DNA of 64,000 nucleotides from Gemmatimonadota bacterium (GCA_007125845.1 SLCK01000014.1:16546-80545), one strand, 5' to 3'. Shown: positions 28,646 to 38,286, counted from the stretch's first letter. Program-made: numbers and translations. The notes: a model not told the origin generated them from the letters alone.

Positions 28646-30208
28646 CTACAGGACCTCTCGCCAACGAGTCACTCGAGCGCTTCCTCCCTCCGTGACCACC
28701 CCGGTTCGCCCTTCGCCCAGCGCTTCGTCGTAGTGGATTCCGCCCGCTCCGGTCACGTCGACGGAGCTACCTCGAACCGCGCCGTACAATCCCCCCGAAC
28801 CGATCACGGAAACGTCCGTGCGGGGCGCGTACACGGACGCGTAGATCTGGGTACTTCCACCGATCCGGACACCGTCGTGCCCGGCGAAGGAGGAGAATAT
28901 CGAGAAGGTCGGAATGACCACGGGTGAACCCCCTTCCACAATCGTCATGGTCGGAGCGGCGTTTTGGTTCACGAGGCCTCCTCCCAGGTTGACGCGCCCG
29001 GTCACGTACACCTCGAGTGCGGCGCCCGGCTCGATGATCAGCTGCGAACCGCCCCCAAGCGTCATGTCGCCGTCCACGAACAGTCGCACCGGAACGCCCT
29101 CTCCGGGAGTGGAGGGCGCCTGTATTCTCACGATCGAGCTACCGCCCATCGAGAAGTTGCCGTTCACGAAGACCTCTCCGACTCCGTCCGACGCGAAGTT
29201 GATTTGATTCGTCGCGCCGGATGAGAAGGAAGGGCTGAAGGCGACATCTTCCTCGAAGTTGACGGGGGAGGGTCGCCAACCCGAGTAGTTGCCGTTCTCG
29301 AAGTCCCCCGGCCCCCCGGGCCGAGCTCCTTCTAGCGTGCCATCCACGAAGTCGTTCACGTTCAAGGGATCACAGGTCCCGTGAGGAGCGGGCACGTCGG
29401 CCCCCGGCTCCAACTCGGCCCCGGGGCACCACCACGTACCGGGCGTCTGCACAGCTCCACCGGCCAACACCGGATTTGCTGGACACGTCGGATTCCCCGA
29501 AAAAGTGATGTCGCCGGTGGCCATCATGGATCCCTCCACGGTTGCGCTCCCGCTCATCGTCAGGTTCCCTCCGACGTGGAGGTCACCCTTCACGAGAGTG
29601 TTTCCGGGGAGGGAAACGTCACCCGACAACGTCGTGACCCTCGCATCCGAGCTGGCCTGCCCGGACAGATAGGGTCCATCCCGGGAATCGTAGGAATCGA
29701 TCCGTCCCGATCCCCTCAGCACGACGCCGTTGCACCCCACGACCGCCGACTGGAAGGGCGAGGCCGTGGATCGTCCGCCTCGGGAGAACTCCACCTCGAG
29801 TTCTCGGCGCACCCTCCCCGAGGCATCTTCGCCCACGATTCGGATCAACACGCCGTTTCCTTCGAAGTCGACAGCGTCGACCCACCAGCGAGCGTCTGCG
29901 TGGTTGAGATCGAGGCCCGGCCCGGATGGAAGCCCCTCTCCGACTTGCTCCAGCGCCGCCCCCGCATACTCTCCGTCTTCGACCCACGAGAGTTGATCGG
30001 ACAAGAACCCGTTGACGACGAACGCCGCCCCCGACTCCGCCGCCTGGATCGCTCGTACCGAGGAGTTGAGCCGACCCGCATAGTCCGCTTGCTGGACGGC
30101 CACTGCGGCCACGGAACCGCCCGCAATCGTGGCGACTACGAGAAGGATCAGCAAGAGCGGAAGGACGAATCCGCGCTCATTCTCGAAGGTGCGACGTGGA
30201 GCGGTCAT
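28646..30208 (-). CDS. PilX_N-like pilus assembly protein with large beta-helix-like C-terminal domain
   Basis: 520 aa. N-terminus ERGFVLPLLLILLVVATIAGG...AIQAAESGA resembles the PilX N-terminal domain. The central region has repetitive G/V/T/S strands (GDVSLPGNTLVKGDLHVGGNLTMSGSATVEGSMMATGDITFSGN). ATGA overlap with the upstream gene. Confidence 0.65.
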   Translation of the reverse strand: MTAPRRTFENERGFVLPLLLILLVVATIAGGSVAAVAVQQADYAGRLNSSVRAIQAAESGAAFVVNGFLSDQLSWVEDGEYAGAALEQVGEGLPSGPGLDLNHADARWWVDAVDFEGNGVLIRIVGEDASGRVRRELEVEFSRGGRSTASPFQSAVVGCNGVVLRGSGRIDSYDSRDGPYLSGQASSDARVTTLSGDVSLPGNTLVKGDLHVGGNLTMSGSATVEGSMMATGDITFSGNPTCPANPVLAGGAVQTPGTWWCPGAELEPGADVPAPHGTCDPLNVNDFVDGTLEGARPGGPGDFENGNYSGWRPSPVNFEEDVAFSPSFSSGATNQINFASDGVGEVFVNGNFSMGGSSIVRIQAPSTPGEGVPVRLFVDGDMTLGGGSQLIIEPGAALEVYVTGRVNLGGGLVNQNAAPTMTIVEGGSPVVIPTFSIFSSFAGHDGVRIGGSTQIYASVYAPRTDVSVIGSGGLYGAVRGSSVDVTGAGGIHYDEALGEGRTGVVTEGGSARVTRWREVL

Positions 30209-30801
30209 CCTTCCAACTCCAGACGATCGAACACCTTCTCCCGAATCACGGCGGTCACCTCCGTTTCGCCCAGGAAGCGTCCCCGTCCGGATCTCGCGTC
30301 GACGAAGAGGCGGAGGCGCACAGCCAGGACGTCCGGAGCGAGCTCGACGGGGGCTTCCGAAGAAAAGCTGTCGACAGTTCCGATCCCCAGGGTGTCCAGG
30401 CCGAAGGTCACCTCGAAACCCGTGACCGCCGGTGCGATCAGCCGCGTCTCTCCGCTTTCCCCATCAGGCGGCCGGGCAACGAGCCCCGGACCCGAAGCCT
30501 CCAACCAACAAGTCTCGCTGCCGCACAGCGGCTCGCTTCTCGGGCCGGACAGAGCGAGTCGTGATCCATTGCTCGAGTCGTGGACCTCCGCTGCGTTCCT
30601 GACGAGGTTCAACAAGAGTTCCACCGACCGATGCAGCTCCGTCTGTGCGTCCCGCACCGCCTCCTGCTCTTCGGCCACGCGTGCGAAGATCAGAAAAATC
30701 GATAACGCGCCGGTCATGAGAATGCCCGAGACCACGAGGACGACCATGAGCTCGATGAGGGTGGCTCCCCGGCGGCCGAGCGCCCAGCCAGGGTCCCTCA
30801 T
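30205..30801 (-). CDS. prepilin-type N-terminal cleavage/methylation domain protein (PilW-like minor pseudopilin)
   Basis: Start trimmed to ATG 30801 (ATGA overlap with the upstream stop): MRDPGWALGRRG/ATLIELMVVLVVSGILMTG, with Glu at +5. Confidence 0.7.
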   Translation of the reverse strand: MRDPGWALGRRGATLIELMVVLVVSGILMTGALSIFLIFARVAEEQEAVRDAQTELHRSVELLLNLVRNAAEVHDSSNGSRLALSGPRSEPLCGSETCWLEASGPGLVARPPDGESGETRLIAPAVTGFEVTFGLDTLGIGTVDSFSSEAPVELAPDVLAVRLRLFVDARSGRGRFLGETEVTAVIREKVFDRLELEG

Positions 30802-31193
30802 GGTTGGATCACGGGCAGGCGCACCCGATACTCGTACTCCATCGGGTCCTGCGCTCCGGCCTCTTCCCATCGGATTCGGATCCGCACGAGGCCGGGCTCT
30901 CCTGATTCGATGAACGCCGCCTCCCCCGACCATCCGGCTGCAGAGCCGGCGTGGGAATCTTGCCAGGCGTCCACCTGGCCGAGCGGGTCGTTGAGATCGA
31001 GCCACATCCGCTCGCCCATATCCAGCGCCTGCGTGTGCGCCATCGTGCGCATGAAGCTGTCACTACTCGTCCTGGAGGCGAACCAGAAGAGCTGACCGAG
31101 CGCGAGCATGCCCACGCTCAGGATGACCAGGCTGACCAGGACTTCGATGAGCGTGAATCCCCCGTTTCCTCGGGTTCCTGCACGAATCGGCAC
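30798..31193 (-). CDS. prepilin-type N-terminal cleavage/methylation domain protein (PilV-like minor pseudopilin)
   Basis: 131 aa. MPIRAGTRGNGG/FTLIEVLVSLVILSVGMLALG, a class III signal with Glu at +5. Confidence 0.75.
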   Translation of the reverse strand: MPIRAGTRGNGGFTLIEVLVSLVILSVGMLALGQLFWFASRTSSDSFMRTMAHTQALDMGERMWLDLNDPLGQVDAWQDSHAGSAAGWSGEAAFIESGEPGLVRIRIRWEEAGAQDPMEYEYRVRLPVIQP

Positions 31194-31256
31194 GGTGTCG
31201 CTCCAGGATGGAGAGCGAGCCGACCTCGGTTAGAGGCGACTTCAGGGCACCCCAAG

Positions 31257-31272
31257 TGCAACAGACATGCCA
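31257..31272 (-). promoter_or_regulatory. sigma54-type (-24/-12) promoter candidate for the pseudopilin operon
   Basis: Minus strand reads TGGCAT-GTCTG-TTGCA (GG-N10-GC spacing; consensus TGGCAC-N5-TTGC). Lies 64 nt upstream of the PilV-like ATG, in the correct orientation. Confidence 0.45.
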
Positions 31273-31396
31273 ATACGCCACCAATGGCCTATACCATTGC
31301 TTGACAACGACTTACGCAAGAAAGGAGGCGGGAATGTCCGCCTCGGCGCGAGGAAGAATGCGATGCCGTCTTGCGCTTCGCCCCAGACAAGGGTCG

Positions 31397-32377
31397 TCAG
31401 CCCTCCACCGCCTCCAGAAGCACGTCGCGATGGGCCTCGAGGAGCTCGGCCACGGTAATCGGATCGCGTCCGGTCAGCTCCCTGACCGCGTCGCTCATCA
31501 CCTCGTAGGAGTCGAAGCCGGCCATCACCCCGGCCGGCGCCTGCTCGTCCCCGCCCTCCCCCTCCACCACCTCTACCGAAGCGCCGGTCAGGTCGCTCGC
31601 GATCCGGGCAATATCCGAGCGGGTCACGAGCTCCGATCCCGTGATGTCGTACGCGCGATTCTCGTGCCCGCTTCCGATGAGAACGCTCGCCGCGGCCGCC
31701 GCACAGTCCTCACGAGCGACGTAGGCGGTGGGTACCTCGTCGGGTTGGACGACCACGCTCCCCTCCGACAACATGTTCGCCGCCTGGTTCACCAGGCCGT
31801 TGGCATAGAGATGGTTGCGAAGCATCGTCCAGGCGACCCCGCTCGCCCGGATGTACTCCTCGGTGCTGCGATGATCGAAGGCGGAAGTGGTACTGGGGTT
31901 GTCGACGTCGACCGAGGAGGTATAGACGATATGCTGCACACCGGCCTGGACCGCCGCATCAATTGCACTCTGGTGCCACTCGACCCGATCGGGCACAGGG
32001 CTGATCGAGATGAGGAGCATTCGGGTTCCCCCCTCGTAGGCGGCCGGGAGGGATTCGGGCTCGCTGAAATCTCCGTAGCGCGTGCTGGCGCCGGCCTGGG
32101 CGTACTCTTCGAGACCCTCGGGCGTCCGACTGACCAGGATGAGTTGGGAGGGCTCAACCCCGAGCGCGAGCAGCTCCTCCACGACCAGACCGCCCAACTG
32201 ACCTGAAGCGCCCGATACGATGATCCGCTCCTCCGACGTGTCCGGTGCTCCAGCTTCGTCGGGCGCCTCGCCGCCGCACGCGGCGAAGAGGAAGGCCGTC
32301 GCGAAGGCGATCGAGTGCCATCTTCGCGAACCCCGCCGCAGATTGCCGCCGACACCGTTGAACAACGTTCCGCACAT
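31397..32377 (-). CDS. NmrA-like / atypical SDR NAD(P)-binding protein with lipoprotein-type signal
   Basis: 326 aa. AGGAGG 6 nt upstream of the ATG. N-terminus HSIAFATAFLFAAC, then Rossmann motif IIVSGASGQLGG. Confidence 0.8.
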   Translation of the reverse strand: MCGTLFNGVGGNLRRGSRRWHSIAFATAFLFAACGGEAPDEAGAPDTSEERIIVSGASGQLGGLVVEELLALGVEPSQLILVSRTPEGLEEYAQAGASTRYGDFSEPESLPAAYEGGTRMLLISISPVPDRVEWHQSAIDAAVQAGVQHIVYTSSVDVDNPSTTSAFDHRSTEEYIRASGVAWTMLRNHLYANGLVNQAANMLSEGSVVVQPDEVPTAYVAREDCAAAAASVLIGSGHENRAYDITGSELVTRSDIARIASDLTGASVEVVEGEGGDEQAPAGVMAGFDSYEVMSDAVRELTGRDPITVAELLEAHRDVLLEAVEG

Positions 32378-32578
32378 CTCCCGTCCTCCTTGTGTTCCGT
32401 CCGAAGCGAAGTCGGCTGTCCCGCTCTACCAGGAGCGCCCATGACGGCGAACTCGCCGCACTCCGGCAGTGTAGGCCAGGCCGACAGGGGGGACAAGCCT
32501 CGCCGCGGGTCACCCCGAAACGGTGGAGGCAACGAGATCCCCCTCTCCCAGGGGATGCCGGGGGACTGCGTCAGGAGC

Positions 32579-33622
32579 TCAGGAGGGCCGTCCACCGATC
32601 TCCCGACGGACGGACGGCGCCACGCTGGTTCCGAGCAGCTCGATCGCCCGAAGTACGTCAGTGTGCGGCATCGGGCCCACCGAGAGCTGGAGAAGGAAGC
32701 GATCGTGGCCGAAGAGCTCATGTTGGTGGAGAATCTTCTCGACGACCTGCTCCGGGTCGCCCACGACCTGCGCTCCGTCGAGCGCGGTCTCGGCCTCGAA
32801 CCGGGCCCGAGAGACCGGTGGCCATCCTCGTTCGCGCCCGATCCGGTTCATCACCTCCGCGAAAGGCGGGAAGGCGAGTTCGACCGCCTGCGCGGCGTCC
32901 GGAGCGAGAAAGCCGTGGGAATTGATGCTCAATGCGAGAGTCGAAGGATCGTGTCCAGCCCTCTCCGCAGCTTCCCGGTAAAGCTCCACCATCGGCTTGA
33001 AGCGCGACGGTGCGCCTCCTATGATGGCGAGCGCCATGGGCAGCCCCAGAGTGGCCGCTCGGACCACCGAAGCGGGCGTGCCCCCCACCGCGACCCACAC
33101 CGGAAGGGGATCCTGCTCGGGACGGGGCAGCACAGGTAGGCCGTCGATCGAAGCCCGATGCCGCCCGGACCACCGAATCCGCTCCTCTTCCCGAATCCTC
33201 AGGAGAAGATCGAGCTTCTCCGAGAAGAGGTCCTCGTAGTCGGTGAGCTCGTATCCGAAGAGGGGAAAGGATTCCACGAACGAACCCCGCCCCGCCATGA
33301 TCTCCGCCCGGCCCCGAGAGATCAGATCCAGGTGCGCGAAGTCCTGGAACACCCGCACTGGATCGTCCGAGCCCAGCACCGACACCGCGCTGGTCAACCG
33401 GATACGCCGCGTGCGAGCTGCCGCAGCCGCCAGAACCACCGCCGGCGCCGAGACCGCATAGTCTGGGCGATGGTGCTCCCCCACGCCGAACACGTCGAGC
33501 CCGACCTGATCGGCCAACTCGATCTCCTCGATCAGGTTCCGGATGCGGGTGCCGGCTTCCTGCTGCCTGCCCGTCTCCGGATCGACGCGAGTCTCGGCGA
33601 AGCTATAGATTCCGATTTCCAT
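32579..33622 (-). CDS. LLM-class (luciferase-like) flavin-dependent oxidoreductase
   Basis: Start trimmed to ATG 33622 ([10 protein letters not shown]). Motif [14 protein letters not shown] and TIM-barrel-like layout. The upstream extension is R/P-rich and lacks support. Confidence 0.8.
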   Translation of the reverse strand: MEIGIYSFAETRVDPETGRQQEAGTRIRNLIEEIELADQVGLDVFGVGEHHRPDYAVSAPAVVLAAAAARTRRIRLTSAVSVLGSDDPVRVFQDFAHLDLISRGRAEIMAGRGSFVESFPLFGYELTDYEDLFSEKLDLLLRIREEERIRWSGRHRASIDGLPVLPRPEQDPLPVWVAVGGTPASVVRAATLGLPMALAIIGGAPSRFKPMVELYREAAERAGHDPSTLALSINSHGFLAPDAAQAVELAFPPFAEVMNRIGRERGWPPVSRARFEAETALDGAQVVGDPEQVVEKILHQHELFGHDRFLLQLSVGPMPHTDVLRAIELLGTSVAPSVRREIGGRPS

Positions 33623-33867
33623 GAGCCCCCGGGGCCTACGCCTTCCGACTGCCGGATGGGTTCGCCTGCACTGCGGGATCCGAGTCCGCTCCCTCGGAAC
33701 TCGACCTTCGGATCCTGACATGGCGGGCCAACCAGGTCAAACCGGAGGCACCGACTTCCGGCCGCGATCGAGATTGCGCCGAGGCGGCGGCGGCGGTAGG
33801 ATCGACGCCGCCGGAAGCTCCGGCGCACACCTTCGGCCCACTGTGCGGGAGAATCGACATCGACGAT

Positions 33868-34467
33868 GTGTCGCAGGATCATCTGGTTACCTGGCGCGAC
33901 CGGGAGCGGAGACGCCTGATCGACCTGCGCGGCGCCCTACCCGGGGCCGTCCGCGCAGAGCACGATCGCCAGATTCGCTCGCTCCTCCAGGAGGTCCTGC
34001 CCGAGGTCCGCGGCCTCACGATCGCCGGATACTGGCCGATTCGGGGTGAGCCTGACATCCGGCCCTTCCTGCATCGGCTGGCCGAAGCAGGCGCCATCGC
34101 CGCTCTACCCGCAGTCGACACGCCCGCAAGCGCCCTCGTCTTTCGCGCCTGGAAGAGAGAAGAGCCCCTGGTGCGGGACCTCCGGAACCTTCCCGCTCCC
34201 GCGAGCACGATGCCGACCGTCCAGCCCGACGTTCTCCTGATTCCGGTTGTGGGTTTCGATTCAGTCGGATTCCGGCTTGGATACGGTGGGGGCTACTTCG
34301 ATCGGACGCTAGCGGAGGCCTCCGCGCGCCCCCGCGCGATCGGCGTCGGCTATTCTGTCTCCAGAATGCCCACGGTGAGGCCTCAGCCGCACGACGTGCC
34401 CATGGATCTGATCGTCACCGAAGCGGGAATCTCGAACCCCACCCGAGAAGACTCCGACACCGCCTGA
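33868..34467 (+). CDS. 5-formyltetrahydrofolate cyclo-ligase
   Basis: 199 aa, GTG start. Motifs GYWPIRGEPD and LLIPVVGFDSVGFRLGYGGGYFDRTL. Confidence 0.85.
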   Translation: MSQDHLVTWRDRERRRLIDLRGALPGAVRAEHDRQIRSLLQEVLPEVRGLTIAGYWPIRGEPDIRPFLHRLAEAGAIAALPAVDTPASALVFRAWKREEPLVRDLRNLPAPASTMPTVQPDVLLIPVVGFDSVGFRLGYGGGYFDRTLAEASARPRAIGVGYSVSRMPTVRPQPHDVPMDLIVTEAGISNPTREDSDTA

Positions 34468-34671
34468 TCAGGGGACGGGCCGTCCTGGACGCCCCTCTCC
34501 AGCCCCCCCTTCACAGGACGCCCCCCTCAGTGCGGCGCGGAATTGCGGAATTTTTTCCCGATCCGCGACCAGTTTTCGGTTCGCCCAAGCCAGCACGCTC
34601 CACGACCCGAGCACGCCCGGACCCCCTTCCACGCTTGAGGAACGGTGGTTTCCCAATGATGCGGACACCCC

Positions 34672-34687
34672 TGGCACGGTGCCTGCA
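34672..34687 (+). promoter_or_regulatory. sigma54-type (-24/-12) promoter candidate
   Basis: TGGCAC-GGTGC-CTGCA with GG-N10-GC spacing, 63 nt upstream of the ATG at 34750. Confidence 0.35.
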
Positions 34688-34749
34688 CGACACTCACACC
34701 ATCCCGAGAATGCGGTGCACCGACGTCCCTTCGCTGGAGTGCAACCATC

Positions 34750-35286
34750 ATGAACATTCACATGAACTGGACCTCCGGCTTACGTCCAGGCACTGCGAAG
34801 AATGACTTTCCCGGGACCGACCTGTGCGAGTTGGTGAGCCAGATGCCGTTGGGGAGACTTCTTCCTCCAGGGGTTCTGATGTGCGCCGACCTTCCGACGC
34901 ACCCCTGCTCTGCCGCAATCGAGACCCGCCGGATCCGGGAGATCCTGGTGGACCTCGTCCTCAACGCTCGCGCAGCGGTGGGTCGTGAAGGAGTCGTTCA
35001 CATTGGGATCGATCGCGTGGTTTCCCCTCCCGCACAGGGACGGCCCGCGCTGACCTGGATTCAGATCGAGGTGTCGGACAGCGGGCCCCGCCTGGCACCC
35101 GCCGCAGCGGCCCTGCTCTTCGATCCCTCGTTCAGCGAGGTCGGTCAGGGTCTGGGACTGTCCGGGGCGGCTCTGCTGGTCGCGCAGAGCGGCGGCTCGA
35201 TGAAGCTCGTTGGAGACGCGAGCGACGGAAACACCGTGCGAGTGCGCATCCCGGCATTCCCGGCACTCCCGGCGCTCTCGGCTTGA
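34750..35286 (+). CDS. stand-alone HATPase_c (histidine-kinase-like ATPase) domain protein; no DHp/H-box
   Basis: 178 aa. N-box LVDLVLNARAAV, G1-like VSDSGPRL, G2 GQGLGLSGA. No HisKA or sensor region, so it may be a remnant or a split kinase. Confidence 0.5.
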   Translation: MNIHMNWTSGLRPGTAKNDFPGTDLCELVSQMPLGRLLPPGVLMCADLPTHPCSAAIETRRIREILVDLVLNARAAVGREGVVHIGIDRVVSPPAQGRPALTWIQIEVSDSGPRLAPAAAALLFDPSFSEVGQGLGLSGAALLVAQSGGSMKLVGDASDGNTVRVRIPAFPALPALSA

Positions 35287-35406
35287 AGGAGCGGACCCCC
35301 TCCGGGGTCGGCTTCCACGAAGCTTCGCTCACCCGCTGTGGGGGATCCGGTCACCCGGCACGGGAGATTCAACCAGGAACTCGGCCGGCGAAGGAGACAT
35401 ACCGAA

Positions 35407-35580
35407 ATGTTGACTTGGGCCCTCATCTTCCTCGTGGTCGCGATCATCGCGGGCGCATTCGGGTTCGGCGGCGCAGCGTCGGCCGCAGCGAGCATCGCCC
35501 AGCTTCTCTTCTTCCTCTTCGTGATCGTCTTCGTAGTCATGCTCGTTCTCTCGTTCATGGGAGGTGCTGCCGCTACCTGA
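35407..35580 (+). CDS. DUF1328 (UPF0391) small membrane protein
   Basis: Start trimmed to ATG 35407, after AGGAG at 35391-35395. Sequence begins [22 protein letters not shown]..., with two TM helices, typical of this family. Confidence 0.75.
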   Translation: MLTWALIFLVVAIIAGAFGFGGAASAAASIAQLLFFLFVIVFVVMLVLSFMGGAAAT

Positions 35581-35606
35581 CCCCATGATCGAGAAGTTGA
35601 CTCGCC

Positions 35607-35639
35607 GGCGAGGCTCCCCGCGGTTCGGGGGGCTTCGCC
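35607..35639. terminator. GC-rich hairpin between convergent genes (candidate bidirectional terminator, no U-tract)
   Basis: GGCGAGGCTCCCC-gcggttc-GGGGGGCTTCGCC. 13-bp stem including 2 G-U pairs. Sits between the DUF1328 gene (+) and cls (-). Confidence 0.35.
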
Positions 35640-35673
35640 GACTCTCAGCACAACACGCGGGAAGGCCCGGACT

Positions 35674-37104
35674 TCAGAGCACCGGTGCGAACAGATGGGC
35701 CACGCGCGAAGCCACTCTTGAAGGAAGTCGCCTGCGGCTCAGCTCCTGCAGGGTGAGCTCGGTCGATCCGCGGAAGTCCTCCTCGAATGATGCCGCAACC
35801 TCGCCGATCGTGGACTCGTCGAAGACCAACGCTGTAATCTCGAAATTCAGGCGGATCGAGCGGTAGTCGAGGTTCACCGTACCGACTCCCGCCACCCGGT
35901 CGTCGACGAGGATGACCTTGGCGTGGAGAAATCCGCTCGCATAACAGAACGTTCGCACATCCTGTCGGAGGAGCTCTTCCAGCGCAGGCACTCGCGCCAG
36001 ATCCACCAGCCTGGAATCCGATCGCTCCGGAATGAGCACCCGGACGTCCACGCCCCGGAAGGCGGCAAGCTTGAGCGCCTCCAGGACACCGTCGTCCGGG
36101 ACGAAGTAGGGGCTCGCCACCCAGATGCGCTGCTTCGCTCCATGGAATGCCGCCTGGATCAACAGCCCTACGGTATCCACTTCGTCCGCAGGTCCCGAAG
36201 GCAGGACCAGGATCGACTCTTCGCCCACCCGAACGGGCTCCCAGACAAGGTCGGGCACGCTCCCCGTGGCCCAGTACCAGTCCTCCACGAACGCGAGCTG
36301 GAGAGCCAGCGCGGCCGGACCCTCCACCCGCAAATGGGTGTCCCTCCAGGGCCCGATCTCCGGATCTCGGCCGAGGTACTCGTCCCCCACGTTCAGGCCT
36401 CCTACCCAGCCCACTCGCCCGTCCGCAACCACGATCTTCCGATGATTGCGAAAGTTGATCTGGAACCGGGTCGGCCGTCCCATGCGAGTCGAGCGGAACG
36501 GGCTCACCTTCACTCCGGCCTCCTCGAGTGCCCGTACGAACCGGCCGGGAAGTGCGTGGCTGCCGATCTTGTCAAACAGAAGGTGCACGGCGACCCCGGC
36601 CCGCGCTTTCTGGATCAGAAGGCTCTGGAGCTCCCGGCCGATATCGTCGTCTCGAATGATGTAGTACTGGACCACGATTGAATGCCGAGCGTCTCGGATC
36701 CCGGCAAAGATGTCCCGAAACGTCTCTTCACCGTCGAGGAGGAGGCGAGACGCGTTTCCCCCGAGCACAGGAAGCCGGGCCAGACGTTCGGCGACCAGTA
36801 TTGTGCCCCGATCCCCCTCCGGGCGCGTGAGGCAATCGCGAAGCTCTTCCACCACCGATCGAAGCTCCCGGTCCAGCCTGGAAGCTCCGTGCCGTCGGGC
36901 GTTCACGTATCCCTGGAAGCGCGAAGCTCCAAGCAGCCAGTATGCGGGAACGGCTCCGTACGGAACCAGAAGCAGCGCGAGAGACCAGGCCACGGCGCCC
37001 TGTGACGTGCGCGCGGTGAAGATCGCTGAAAGGGCGCTTCCCGCACCCGCCAGGTGGAAAGCCAAAATGATGACGAGCCACATTCGAGGTCCGCTCCGCC
37101 GCAA
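35674..37104 (-). CDS. cls: cardiolipin synthase (PLD superfamily)
   Basis: 476 aa. Two N-terminal TM helices and two HKD motifs (NHRKIVVADG; LHAKVILVDD). Confidence 0.9.
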   Translation of the reverse strand: MRRSGPRMWLVIILAFHLAGAGSALSAIFTARTSQGAVAWSLALLLVPYGAVPAYWLLGASRFQGYVNARRHGASRLDRELRSVVEELRDCLTRPEGDRGTILVAERLARLPVLGGNASRLLLDGEETFRDIFAGIRDARHSIVVQYYIIRDDDIGRELQSLLIQKARAGVAVHLLFDKIGSHALPGRFVRALEEAGVKVSPFRSTRMGRPTRFQINFRNHRKIVVADGRVGWVGGLNVGDEYLGRDPEIGPWRDTHLRVEGPAALALQLAFVEDWYWATGSVPDLVWEPVRVGEESILVLPSGPADEVDTVGLLIQAAFHGAKQRIWVASPYFVPDDGVLEALKLAAFRGVDVRVLIPERSDSRLVDLARVPALEELLRQDVRTFCYASGFLHAKVILVDDRVAGVGTVNLDYRSIRLNFEITALVFDESTIGEVAASFEEDFRGSTELTLQELSRRRLPSRVASRVAHLFAPVL

Positions 37105-37154
37105 GCGGCTCCGGTCTCCACTCCGCGGGTCGGGTCAGAGACGCACCGACCCGA

Positions 37155-37916
37155 TCAGGGGGGTCCGGGGATCCGGGTGGGAGGTTGATCGTGCCCCCAA
37201 ACCTCGGGGATCTCGTCCTCGGGTATCGGTCTCGACAGGTCGAACTCCACCATCCACGAGAATTCGTCATTGTACGTAGTCCCGTAGCGGTAGACTACGC
37301 CGGGCTCGATCTCGATGCGCCAGCCCACAGGGACCCGGGCGTTCCACGTCCGCTCGGGCGAGTGAAAGTCCATTCGGTTGGCCGTGCCCTCCCCGATGGA
37401 AAATCCGCCGTACCAGGTCCGGCTGCTTTCCGAACCGTCCTTCTCCCGGTGATCGTGGCGCAACTCCAACCCCTCGCCCACCTGCATGACGAACCAGGTC
37501 CGGGAGTGATCCCACCCCCCTTCGATCTCGTCGTCCTCGGCGTGGAAGGGAATCCAGATCTCGTCCTCGTCACACTGGCGGAAGTGGACGAGAAGGTGGT
37601 CGTCGTCCCTGGGCCCGCCTCCCGAGATGGCCTGATTGCCGGGGAAAGCCTGCCCGCAGTGCGCTGCCAGGTTCTCCATGAAGGCGCCGTGGGTCGCGGA
37701 GTAGTCGTGCGTCAGCTGAGCCGCTCCTACTGGGGGGGCGACCACGAGAGCGCACGTAGCCAGCGCGGCGGCCAGGAGGTTGGCCGGCAATTCGGGCTCG
37801 CGTGCTCCGGGCGGGCGTTCCTGGCGCGCAGATGGCCCATTCGAAGCAACGGCGCAGGATTCGTAATGGAATCCGGCATGCTCCACTTCACGCGCCGCAT
37901 CGAGATCCGCTCTCAT
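37155..37916 (-). CDS. hypothetical secreted protein
   Basis: Coding-like composition. Hydrophobic segment LPANLLAAALATCALVVAPPVGAAQ. No recognisable domain. Start ATG 37916 chosen over 37982; uncertain. Confidence 0.5.
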   Translation of the reverse strand: MRADLDAAREVEHAGFHYESCAVASNGPSARQERPPGAREPELPANLLAAALATCALVVAPPVGAAQLTHDYSATHGAFMENLAAHCGQAFPGNQAISGGGPRDDDHLLVHFRQCDEDEIWIPFHAEDDEIEGGWDHSRTWFVMQVGEGLELRHDHREKDGSESSRTWYGGFSIGEGTANRMDFHSPERTWNARVPVGWRIEIEPGVVYRYGTTYNDEFSWMVEFDLSRPIPEDEIPEVWGHDQPPTRIPGPP

Positions 37917-38286
37917 GATTCCCCCGTGCTGCTCCTCGTGGCCGGTGCTTCGTCCGCCCAGACCCGCCCCCCGGTCGCACACTCATCGTAAGCGCCGCCA
38001 GCCTCCCACGCGAATGCCCACCGGGTACCCGGCTACGGATCGACAGCGCGCCCGCTTGGGAACGCGTCGAGTGTGCGATCCCCAGAGTCTGCCCGCGATT
38101 CCGGGCTCCTCGGAGCGCTACTGGACGCACGCCGACCACTCCCCTACTATGCTTCCTGACAACCGGGGAGCATCCGATGCCATTGTCCCGGCTGCGGGTC
38201 GGGGGGATGCCGCCGACCGTGGCCGGCCCGGGTCAGACAGCGGCACCCGGCAGAGAGCTCACAGCGGAACCCAAGGAGACATTTCG

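Noticed and set aside
37915-38286. N-terminal extension of the first NHL gene. Similar extensions occur for 30802..31005, 33623..33721, 43065..43157, 43726..43797, 54620..54700, 57893..58192, 60123..60197 and 61154..61276
   Set aside because: The extensions are Pro/Arg-rich or overlap upstream genes. Internal starts have Shine-Dalgarno motifs, signal peptides or ATGA coupling to the preceding stop.
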